Source of the DNA: a virus | Virus record (IMG/VR): IMGVR_UViG_3300050821_016964 | Span: 5,794-69,793 of that record | Direction: 5' to 3' (one strand) | DNA length: 64,000 nucleotides | Shown: one piece after another, positions 18,938 to 27,289 of the stretch | Numbering within the stretch: position 1 is the first letter of the stretch | How the letters are laid out: each line of letters starts with the position of its first letter | The notes under the pieces: generated by a model | What the model saw: the letters and a program-made list of their open reading frames with translations, nothing else | What the model was told of the DNA's origin: nothing | The model's database searches: none | Position numbers and translations under genes: made by a program

Positions 18938-20329
18938 CTAACCAATCCAAGCCCAGGTATTCGGCGTCAGCACAGGGGGCGTCCGGGTAATCACCACGCT
19001 TCCCCCCGCCTGATACGCGCCCACGTCCGGATTCGTCGTTCCCGAGAGCCCCGGCAGCGAGCCTCCCCCCTTGTAGCCGGCTCCCTTCAGTAACGAGCCG
19101 CCACCGCTCACTGAATTGAGCGAGAAGTCCAGAGTCGATTCTGAAGTGAACGGACTTGCCGTGCAGGTGATCGTACCGAACACGTTAACGCCAGGTACCA
19201 AGTATGAATCGAAGTTGTTTGTGTTATTGTAAACCGCACAATTCTGAAGATGGAAGTACCCGTACGACGATGCCGATCCACCACTGGTAAAGCCATACAC
19301 GCAGTTCGACGCAATACAGTCCACGAGGCGCACCATTGCTGGACCAAGGCCCCCGTAGAACCCCGTCGGTGTACTGGGTCCCCCGACGTTATCCGCCACA
19401 CACTCGATCACATCAATGTAATTGCCGCCGCTGAGATGGAAACCAATCGCATTACTCTGGTTCTGGCCCGTCGCGACACAGCGGTACGCCGAACTGTACG
19501 AGGTCAACACGATGCCGACGTAACCGCCGATGGCCGTACAGTACGAGTACCGCAGACTGTTGCCGCCGCCCGATGCAAAGCCGGTCCCCCCAGAGGCGGG
19601 AGCCGCCGTGCAGTTGCAAATCTCGGCTTGCCCATTCGACATTTCAAAGCACGTCGCCAGAGCCGATGCCGAGCACGTCTCCAACCGGATGTTTGCACCG
19701 GCCGCGTTGATTCCGGTGCACCCTGTGTAAGACGATGGATTCGTAAACGACAGGTTGTTGATGTTTACGTCGTTTCCAGTGACGTTGACACACGTTACGC
19801 TGTTGGCGCCAGGATTCAAGACCGGCGGCGTATCCGTATTCCATGGCGTGCGATTCGTGCTGTAGCCGGATACAAACGCAAACGCCGTCGAGGCGCCCCC
19901 TGGAGGCGTCATCCGACCGCCAGACACATTGTTCGACGCCGACAGCGTGTAGGTGCCAGCCTTGATATAGATTCCGTTGCTCGTAACGGCTAGACCCGAA
20001 GCCATCCCTGGAGTCGCCAGGGCACCCCCCACCTTGATCGACGCTGCGGTCCAAGACGGAGCCGAGTCCACCGTCACCACCGTCGCAGAACTGTACGCGG
20101 TGATCTCCTTCCAAATCGTCCCGTCCGTGATGAAGTTCCCCACCATCGCTGCGGTGAAGATCGCCGTCGTGGCCGTCACCGTCGTGCTGGCCGACGTGAC
20201 GGTCCCGGTGGCGATCGGCGTGTCCCGAATCGAGTAGTCGGTACCACCGAGCGACGGATCGAACCCGCCGCCTTGGGAATCGCTCCCGGTGGTCCGGACC
20301 TCCCAAATTACGCCACTTCCGAAGGCCAT
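18938..20329 (-). CDS. tailspike-like right-handed beta-helix protein
   Basis: Periodic Cys/Asn/Gly repeats (NCTA, YCTA, RCVA, ECVA, DCIA, NCAV); ends 'NPDVGAYQ'. Confidence 0.65.
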   Translation of the reverse strand: MAFGSGVIWEVRTTGSDSQGGGFDPSLGGTDYSIRDTPIATGTVTSASTTVTATTAIFTAAMVGNFITDGTIWKEITAYSSATVVTVDSAPSWTAASIKVGGALATPGMASGLAVTSNGIYIKAGTYTLSASNNVSGGRMTPPGGASTAFAFVSGYSTNRTPWNTDTPPVLNPGANSVTCVNVTGNDVNINNLSFTNPSSYTGCTGINAAGANIRLETCSASALATCFEMSNGQAEICNCTAAPASGGTGFASGGGNSLRYSYCTAIGGYVGIVLTSYSSAYRCVATGQNQSNAIGFHLSGGNYIDVIECVADNVGGPSTPTGFYGGLGPAMVRLVDCIASNCVYGFTSGGSASSYGYFHLQNCAVYNNTNNFDSYLVPGVNVFGTITCTASPFTSESTLDFSLNSVSGGGSLLKGAGYKGGGSLPGLSGTTNPDVGAYQAGGSVVITRTPPVLTPNTWAWIG

Positions 20330-23300
20330 CAGCTCACACTCGGTTTCTGCCCCACCACCAGTGACCCGGTCGCCAGGTTGCCCAGCACCAGATCCCCGGT
20401 GCTCCTGGCGATCGTCGCAGCGGCAACCACCGGGCCGGCCGGATCACCCCCGGGAAGCACCTCGAAGATCCCCAGGGCGATCCCCGTGAAGCCGCCCGTC
20501 GGCGCCTCGTAGAGGACGCCGTAACGTCCTACAGGATAGCCTTCCCCGATCCAGAGAGCGAGTGAGTAAACCTCATCGACCCGGGAATAGCGCAGGTGGA
20601 CCATGTTGGCCACCTCGACCAGCGCATGCGTATCGAGATCGTACACCCGCACCCAGGGCGTCCGCGTGGTCGGCTCCGTCGGCTGGCCATCCTGGTCGCG
20701 CACGATCGTCCAGAGGGGCACCTCCTGCCCCTGCTGGAACCGGCCCAGGTAGTCGCTGGCGAAGTCCACCTCGGGGAAGACGGACCGGGCTCGGGCCCGC
20801 AGGATGATCGTCGCCGTCGCCGACGTCGTCGCGTCCCCGTGGACGGAACAGACGGCCGAGAGGATCAGCACGGCCTCCGCGTCCGTCGGCAGGTTATGCA
20901 TCGTCGTCTGGCTGGCCGAGGCCGACAGGATCAGCGTAGCGCCGGCCTGCGCCATGATCTCGACGACGTACGGAAGCGGTCCATGCACCCACGGTTGCCG
21001 GCGCCGCACCGGCCGGATCACCTCGACCGGAGTCCGGAAGCTCGCCCCCGCCGGCGCCGGCCGGGCGGGCACGCATGCCGCCGCCAGGACGATCGTCGCC
21101 GTGGCGAACTGGACCGAGCGGTCATTCGTGACGGCGCTGGCCGCCAGGATGATCGTCGCCTCGGCCGACAAGAAGTAGGGCGTCGGGCCCTTCGCCGTCG
21201 CCCGCAGAATGATCTCCGCAGCACCAGCCACCGGGTACTCGCGATTGGCGCGAGCCGCCGCTGCCAGAATGATCGTGGAACCGACGGACCGGGGATAAGC
21301 CGTCGGGCCCTTCGCCGCCGCTGACAGGATGATCGTCGCCGTGGCCGCGACAGCCCATCCTGTCTTGTGGGTCGCAGCGGCATGCAGCACGAGCGTAGCC
21401 GTGGCCATCCCCTTAAGGCCGATCGCAGCCGTAGAACTCGCCCTCAGGATCAGACTCGCCGAACCGCTCGCCATCCAGCTCTCAGGTGGCCGGCTGCCGG
21501 TCCACTTCACCAGAAGATAATTACTGACCTGGGTGATCTCGGTCGGGGTCAATACCCGATTGTAGATCACCACTTCCATGATGTCGTTTGTGCATATACT
21601 GAATGGACCTCCTCCGATACACAGATTCGACCCCAAAACCAGCGCGTCCCCGCTGTTGGATGTGAGGTTTGCGCCATTAATGTACACTGCGGCACTCGAT
21701 CCATTACTGACGGCGCATGTTACATACAGTTCTCCTGGCACAATCGGACTTGCAAGGGAGAGCGGATCTTCAAAACCACCCGGATTCGCAGGTGATGGAT
21801 TATTTCCAGAATAAATGTCTCCGTTTAATCCATCCGCATTGATATACCAGACCGTTCCCTGTTCTAGATTAGTGATTTCCCCTGAAACAACTTTAACCGC
21901 TCCGTTCCAACCACCGTAAGAATGGTCCGTAAACTGCACAATCGGACCTCCAACATTAGCTTCCACCATCGACCACACCGCAAAGATGCTGATCGGCGTA
22001 TTTCCAGAAGCGCTGAACGGATTACCGCGTGGCCCGTTGTAAGTCGTCGCATTTCCAGGCGGTATCTTCGCCGAGATGAAGAGTGGCCCATCGTAAATCA
22101 CGTCCAGCCATGCAGCGTATTGATCAGCCTGCACGGCATTCGTCGGGTAAAACCTTAGCGACGGCAAATTACTGGGGCCATATAACTGGATCGCATAAAA
22201 CGCGTACGGCTGACCGACCGGAATTCCAGCATCAGGTCCCGGATAGCCACCAGGCTGGTTGTTGATGACGAGCGCCTGGTACGAACTCTGATCCTGCCAA
22301 CTCCAGATCTGATCTCCGGGAACCGCAGGATACTGAGTAATGGAACCAGATGCCGAAGGTGCGCTGGCGGAATAAACACCTTGGTTCGCGTCCAGCCAGA
22401 GCACGCAATTGGCGATTGCCAGAGGCGTCGTGATCGGAGGCACTCCCGGCGGAGGCAACGGCTGTCCGGAACCAGCCGGGTTTATCGTCACGGCAACCAG
22501 AGATGAACTGCTATAATTGTAAATCACGTTCTCAAAAAGAGAGCCACCGAATGACGCTACTACCATGTCGTTACCCAAAGGTAACGACGAAACAGAAATA
22601 GCGGCGCTCCCCGAACGAACCGGGGCCGTGCCCAAGTTCGTATTCGTCTCGCCCTCCAGAATGAAGTCCACGGTCCCGTAAGGCACCTCCGCACCGCCGA
22701 CAGCCGTGGTGACATTCGCGCTAAGTTCGACTGGCTGGCCAGGATACGCCGTGTTCGGAACAGCGATCAGAGTCGTTACTGTCTGCTCCACCGGGGGCGG
22801 TGGGGGCGGCGGCGCCGCATTTCGAATCCCTAGGTCCCACTTCAGCGTGAGATAGCCAATCACGTTCGCAATCTCGGTCGTCAGAAGCGCCCGGTTATAG
22901 ATGATCACCTCGCCGATGTCGGCGAACGTGTTCTGGGGTGCCATGGCGCCCAGAAAGAAGGCACCGCTGATGCCAAGCTGCGCGGCCGCTGGGTTCGTCG
23001 TGTAATTGATCCCGTTGGAATAAAACCCAGCCGTCGTGCCGTTTGACACGAACATGCAGCCATACGGCGTGTTGATGTTGAACGGCGCCGACTGCTGAGA
23101 GACAGGATTCAGGGTTCCGTCCAGTCCGCAGAACAGCATCGCGCCATAAGCGCCGATATACCAATTCGCTCCATTACTCAGAGTCTGCTGGCTCGCGATC
23201 GACGGTGATCCCCACACCACGAAGATCGTGATCGGGGTCGCCGAAACCGTATTGAAAGGGATCGTCCCAGGAGCGAACTCGATCCCTAGGAAGCAATTCG

Positions 23301-23568
23301 AATTGACCTCTGCGCCCGGCAGTGGGGTGAAGAAACGGATCGTCGGCAGGCCATTATAGGTCTGACTGTCGTACTCCGGCTGGTAGGAGACCGGAGACGT
23401 GATCGCCGTATTGTAGGCAAGCCCAGGGTTGCCCGGCGTCCCATAGCCGCTCTGGTCCAACCACCGATAGACCAGGTCACCAGGATTCGCCAGCGAGCTA
23501 AAACTGTAGACGTCCTTGCTGGCATCCAGCCACATCACACAGTTGGCAATGCCGAGGGGACCGGGCAC
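20329..23568 (-). CDS. receptor-binding/adhesin protein: two LamG-like domains, Ig-like domain, ATIIL repeats
   Basis: Two 'IANCV(M/L)WLDA...EVIIYNR.L' units, 'TVTTL...GQPVELSANV...GTVDF' Ig-like, about 10 A(T/E)IIL.A repeats. Confidence 0.7.
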   Translation of the reverse strand: MPGPLGIANCVMWLDASKDVYSFSSLANPGDLVYRWLDQSGYGTPGNPGLAYNTAITSPVSYQPEYDSQTYNGLPTIRFFTPLPGAEVNSNCFLGIEFAPGTIPFNTVSATPITIFVVWGSPSIASQQTLSNGANWYIGAYGAMLFCGLDGTLNPVSQQSAPFNINTPYGCMFVSNGTTAGFYSNGINYTTNPAAAQLGISGAFFLGAMAPQNTFADIGEVIIYNRALLTTEIANVIGYLTLKWDLGIRNAAPPPPPPPVEQTVTTLIAVPNTAYPGQPVELSANVTTAVGGAEVPYGTVDFILEGETNTNLGTAPVRSGSAAISVSSLPLGNDMVVASFGGSLFENVIYNYSSSSLVAVTINPAGSGQPLPPPGVPPITTPLAIANCVLWLDANQGVYSASAPSASGSITQYPAVPGDQIWSWQDQSSYQALVINNQPGGYPGPDAGIPVGQPYAFYAIQLYGPSNLPSLRFYPTNAVQADQYAAWLDVIYDGPLFISAKIPPGNATTYNGPRGNPFSASGNTPISIFAVWSMVEANVGGPIVQFTDHSYGGWNGAVKVVSGEITNLEQGTVWYINADGLNGDIYSGNNPSPANPGGFEDPLSLASPIVPGELYVTCAVSNGSSAAVYINGANLTSNSGDALVLGSNLCIGGGPFSICTNDIMEVVIYNRVLTPTEITQVSNYLLVKWTGSRPPESWMASGSASLILRASSTAAIGLKGMATATLVLHAAATHKTGWAVAATATIILSAAAKGPTAYPRSVGSTIILAAAARANREYPVAGAAEIILRATAKGPTPYFLSAEATIILAASAVTNDRSVQFATATIVLAAACVPARPAPAGASFRTPVEVIRPVRRRQPWVHGPLPYVVEIMAQAGATLILSASASQTTMHNLPTDAEAVLILSAVCSVHGDATTSATATIILRARARSVFPEVDFASDYLGRFQQGQEVPLWTIVRDQDGQPTEPTTRTPWVRVYDLDTHALVEVANMVHLRYSRVDEVYSLALWIGEGYPVGRYGVLYEAPTGGFTGIALGIFEVLPGGDPAGPVVAAATIARSTGDLVLGNLATGSLVVGQKPSVS

Positions 23569-23578
23569 GGCTCCCCTC

Positions 23579-24091
23579 CTACGTCACAATGAACGTCTGC
23601 TGGTCGGCCGTCTGAACCCCGGCCACGGAGCCCTGGATCAGGACGTAATAGGTCGTTGCGACCTCGAAGCCATTCACAGAAGTACAGGCGAGCTCGTAGA
23701 GATAGAAGCCCGTCACGTTCCAGGTTCCCCCGGAGACGTAGTTCCCGTTGCCCACCGACCCGTCGAGCGAGAATGTGTTGTTGTCGATCACCGTGACGGT
23801 GGTACTGCCATTGGCCGCGGTGTTGCCCAGGACGCCGGCCACCGTGACGTAGGTCCCCGTCGTCAGCTCGTGGTTCGGGCTCGTGATCACGATCGGCGTG
23901 GCGTTCGTGGCACCCGTGATCGACCCCGTATCCAGGAACGTCGCGACCGCCGTCACATCGGGCAAGATACCAAGAGGACCGTAAACCCGAACGGTTGGGA
24001 GAGCATCCAGGTTGATCGGAGTCCGGGCCGAATCCAGAATCAGGACAGGCGCGTTAAGTTGTGACTCCAGTTCAACATAGCCCAGAAACAC
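23579..24091 (-). CDS. structural protein with E1-FCCH-like beta domain
   Basis: 'ITGATNATPIVITSPNHELTTG..VTVAGVLGNTAANG...TFSLDGS'; GTG start after GGGGG RBS. Confidence 0.65.
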   Translation of the reverse strand: MFLGYVELESQLNAPVLILDSARTPINLDALPTVRVYGPLGILPDVTAVATFLDTGSITGATNATPIVITSPNHELTTGTYVTVAGVLGNTAANGSTTVTVIDNNTFSLDGSVGNGNYVSGGTWNVTGFYLYELACTSVNGFEVATTYYVLIQGSVAGVQTADQQTFIVT

Positions 24092-24125
24092 GGGACGCCC
24101 CCTTTCCGATTCGTTCACTTTTGGT

Positions 24126-24144
24126 TTGCGCAGGCCCTGCGCAA
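24126..24144. repeat. parS-like palindrome copy 2 (TTGCGCAGGCCCTGCGCAA)
   Basis: Perfect 9-1-9 palindrome, intergenic; 24110-24146 matches 46584-46620 (reverse complement) at 36/37. Confidence 0.85.
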
Positions 24145-24146
24145 GT

Positions 24147-24326
24147 TCAGGGGCCATCGAACTTCACGCGCGCCCATCCCATGCGCGGCCGGAGCTCGCC
24201 AGAGCGCTCCGCCACGATGTTGACCTGCTCCCGGCTTTTGCCGGGCTCGATGTCGTTCGGATCGGCATTCGTCTCCAGACCCGCGAAATCCCGAATGACG
24301 ACCCGAACGACTGGCTTGACGCCGAT
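24147..24326 (-). CDS. small tail-associated protein, probable ATC start
   Basis: GAGGAGG-TGTGCC-ATC; (M)GVKPVVRVVIRDFAGLETNADPNDIEPG... Confidence 0.55.
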   Translation of the reverse strand: MGVKPVVRVVIRDFAGLETNADPNDIEPGKSREQVNIVAERSGELRPRMGWARVKFDGP

Positions 24327-24340
24327 GGCACACCTCCTCG

Positions 24341-24661
24341 TCAGCAGATCGTGCTCAGGGCGGCGATCGTCTTCACCAGGAGGGGACTGTCGGGAGCCTT
24401 GATCTTGCGCGACTCGGCCAGGGCGTGATCGCACAGGCCCTTGACGACGCCCAGGGTGAGCTTGAGGCGGTTGTCGCCGTCCGTCGCACACTGGGCCGCG
24501 CACGCGGGGTCGGCCGCCGCCTTGGCGATCAGGTCGAAGAAGGGCTGCACGGACGCCTCGCCGAGGACGCTGTTGATCTCCCCGGCGTGCGCCTTGGGAT
24601 CGAGGCCGAAGCCCTTGACGCCAGCGTTGACACACTGAAGAGCCTGAGCGGGAACGAGCAT
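24341..24661 (-). CDS. hypothetical protein
   Basis: AAGGAG RBS, MLVPAQALQC... Confidence 0.6.
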   Translation of the reverse strand: MLVPAQALQCVNAGVKGFGLDPKAHAGEINSVLGEASVQPFFDLIAKAAADPACAAQCATDGDNRLKLTLGVVKGLCDHALAESRKIKAPDSPLLVKTIAALSTIC

Positions 24662-24766
24662 TGGGAATGTACTCCTTCTGAAAATGGACGTCTCCAAAAC
24701 ATTGATCTCCCGGGTTCTCAGTCGCGATATCTGGTCCCACGTCAATATTTGACGTAAGTCGTTATA

Positions 24767-26188
24767 CTACTGAGAGTTAGGGAAGAATTGGGCGGGCATG
24801 TACTTCGGTGAAACCCATCGTGGCCGCTGGCCACCCATTGCGCGGCCCTGGTAGCTTCGGCTGTCTGCGGCCATGGCTTCTTTCAAAGCGGTATTGTACG
24901 CCTCAACCGCTGCGCCTTCATCCTGAAGGTGACGAGCTATAGATAATTGTTTTTCTATCCCCCGGAGCATCGCCGTCTGCATACTCCCGAGCTCGACGTC
25001 TACGGGATCGCTGATCGCGTAGAGAGAGTTGAGCACGCTGGCCGTGGGCGCGTCAAGCACGGTCAACTGGGTCGGGCTCAGCACGGCGTTCACCACCAGT
25101 TCCTGGGTCGGAGGCGCCTCGCCGATCCAGCCCGTGGGTGCGATGGTGGGCGTGCCGATGCGCAGCACCGATCCCGCCATAGAGGAGTCGAAGGTTGTGC
25201 CAGCGCCGGTCACTGTGAGGGAGTTGGCATTGAGCGTCACAACGCCCGCGCTCACGTTCTCCCACCGGAGCGGCCGGGACCGCCTCTGGTACATGAAATC
25301 GATCGTCTTCTCGATCGCTGGATAGGGATGGAATCCGACGCATAACCTTCCTAGGTACAACCGGTTACCGCGAATACTGTAGAACCGCGGCGTACCCGAC
25401 GAATACTGAAACCGCTGGAACCAGAGCTGATCGGTGGGGTCCGAGTAAGTCAGACCGCCAAAGTTGCCTTCGAAGATCGCCGTGTCCTGCTTGATGAAAT
25501 CCTCGGGCAGCAGATAGTCATCCTGATAAAGCGTGTACGCCGTGGTCGGAGGAGACCGCCAGGTCCCCGAGAGGCCGTCCCAGGGCGTGAAGGAGAGGCC
25601 CGCCCCTGAAGACCCATTCAGGCTGAAGTTGTTCGCGTCCAGGACCGTGACGGCCGCCCAGTTGGCGTTGACGACCGCCATCAGTTGGCCGGTCACGGCC
25701 ACGAGGACGTTCTCGATGATCACCGGATCACCCGTCGTCAGGCCGTGCTGGGGACTCGTGATGATGATCGGCGTGTTGAAGATGATTCCCGTGATCGGCT
25801 GCGGATCATAGTCGAGGTCCATGTCGAAGTTGACCTGCTCGGTCAACAGCAACGTCTGCGCATTCACCACCTGCTGGACGTCGGAGGTCACCACGCCGAT
25901 CCGGACCTTGCACAGGGGACCCGCCCACGAGGGGAGCGGGCCGGCCTGGTAGAGGAGCAGTTGCCGGGTCATGTTGTTGTACGCCGCGAACCCGGTCACG
26001 AAGGGAGGATTGGTCAAGATCCGGTTGTGGTTGATGAGATAGGTCCAGAGCCTGACGTTGATCAACTCCCGGTAGGCGCTCTGACAGGCCCGCCTCGCAT
26101 CCCGCAGCGCCAGCGCGTCCGGAGTGCCGCCGAGGAAGTCGATGGCGTGCTGAACAGCATCACAATAAACGAAAAATTCTATGCTCAT
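24767..26188 (-). CDS. head-tail adaptor / tail tubular protein A-like
   Basis: 'YLLPEDF', 'GTPRFYSI', 'FHPYP...IDFMYQRR' adaptor pattern plus FCCH-like insert; downstream of portal. Confidence 0.65.
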   Translation of the reverse strand: MSIEFFVYCDAVQHAIDFLGGTPDALALRDARRACQSAYRELINVRLWTYLINHNRILTNPPFVTGFAAYNNMTRQLLLYQAGPLPSWAGPLCKVRIGVVTSDVQQVVNAQTLLLTEQVNFDMDLDYDPQPITGIIFNTPIIITSPQHGLTTGDPVIIENVLVAVTGQLMAVVNANWAAVTVLDANNFSLNGSSGAGLSFTPWDGLSGTWRSPPTTAYTLYQDDYLLPEDFIKQDTAIFEGNFGGLTYSDPTDQLWFQRFQYSSGTPRFYSIRGNRLYLGRLCVGFHPYPAIEKTIDFMYQRRSRPLRWENVSAGVVTLNANSLTVTGAGTTFDSSMAGSVLRIGTPTIAPTGWIGEAPPTQELVVNAVLSPTQLTVLDAPTASVLNSLYAISDPVDVELGSMQTAMLRGIEKQLSIARHLQDEGAAVEAYNTALKEAMAADSRSYQGRAMGGQRPRWVSPKYMPAQFFPNSQ

Positions 26189-26421
26189 TAGAACGTCTTG
26201 ACCTGCCAGCCCGGCGGAACTGTGCAGGTACCGCCCGTCATGTCGAAGTCGATCCGATTGTCCGGATGATTGGCGATCGCCACCGAGGCCGCTGCGGGCA
26301 GCCGGATCGTCTGCCGCTGAAGGTCGACGGTAAAGAGGCCGGAGAGCGTGAAGCCCATCTCCTCGCCCATCGCCGGAGCCTGCTGAGTCATTGCGCCCGC
26401 ATCGTACCGCTTCTTAGTCAT
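26188..26421 (-). CDS. hypothetical protein
   Basis: ORF track, translationally coupled. Confidence 0.5.
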   Translation of the reverse strand: MTKKRYDAGAMTQQAPAMGEEMGFTLSGLFTVDLQRQTIRLPAAASVAIANHPDNRIDFDMTGGTCTVPPGWQVKTF

Positions 26422-27074
26422 TTTGCCCTCGTACCGTGAACCCCGGAAAGCTTTGCGGTGAGTGCCTCTTCCAGATCGAGACGCTTACGCCCATGCCCGA
26501 GATCCGGGTTGTCAGCGATAGCCTCTGCGACTCTCGCCTGCACCAGATCGGAGGCCACGCGATAAGGACGTGGAACCACTTCTTGGTCCGTAGGAGGTCG
26601 AACGTCGATCGCACCGGACACCTCCGCGCCGCGCTCCTCGGCCACCCGCTTGACGTCGCTCAGGCCGTCCACCCATGCACGCGGATCACCAGGGAAGCGA
26701 GCCAGACCGCCACTATACCACTTTCCGGTCGGGTTGACCCCCGCCTCCTCGGCCTTGCGCATGTACTCCTGAACGCTCCCCGCAGGCAGATGGGCGAACT
26801 GGCCGCCGCCGGTCTGGTGGTACCGGCCCTGCATAAAGGCCCGGTCGGTCCCACGCGCGCCTGGGAAGGTGCGAGTCGCCAGCATCTCCGCCATGTTGTG
26901 GCTCTGGCCATTCAGCCGCATCTCCCAGTACCGGACTTGGATGTCGAAATCCTGACTGACGCGCACCATCTCGAAGCGCTGACCGAAGGTGATCGTCTCA
27001 CCGTCCTCGTAGGGTCTCAGCGGTCCCCTGGCCTTCCGATATGCTCGCCGGCTGAACGCCTCATCCTCGTCCAC
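26418..27074 (-). CDS. conserved portal-adjacent hypothetical protein
   Basis: GTG start after GGAG; protein-like half of ORF 26418..27635. Confidence 0.55.
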   Translation of the reverse strand: MDEDEAFSRRAYRKARGPLRPYEDGETITFGQRFEMVRVSQDFDIQVRYWEMRLNGQSHNMAEMLATRTFPGARGTDRAFMQGRYHQTGGGQFAHLPAGSVQEYMRKAEEAGVNPTGKWYSGGLARFPGDPRAWVDGLSDVKRVAEERGAEVSGAIDVRPPTDQEVVPRPYRVASDLVQARVAEAIADNPDLGHGRKRLDLEEALTAKLSGVHGTRAK

Positions 27075-27076
27075 GG

Positions 27077-27289
27077 CTATTTCTCCCGCACGTCGTACAC
27101 GGCTTTCGCCAAGGCAATGATCAGCCGCTCGGCATCGTCGGGGGAGAGCGACACGTCGATGGGCTCCCCGTCGTCCGCGATCACGAACGAGATCCCGACC
27201 CGCACAGGCCCCCCGTCCATGGGATGGAGACCGTCCACCGACAGGAACTCCAGATCGGTGTACGGCGTGGCTACCGGATCGTCGTTCAT
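27077..27289 (-). CDS. hypothetical protein
   Basis: ORF track, overlaps portal stop. Confidence 0.5.
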   Translation of the reverse strand: MNDDPVATPYTDLEFLSVDGLHPMDGGPVRVGISFVIADDGEPIDVSLSPDDAERLIIALAKAVYDVREK

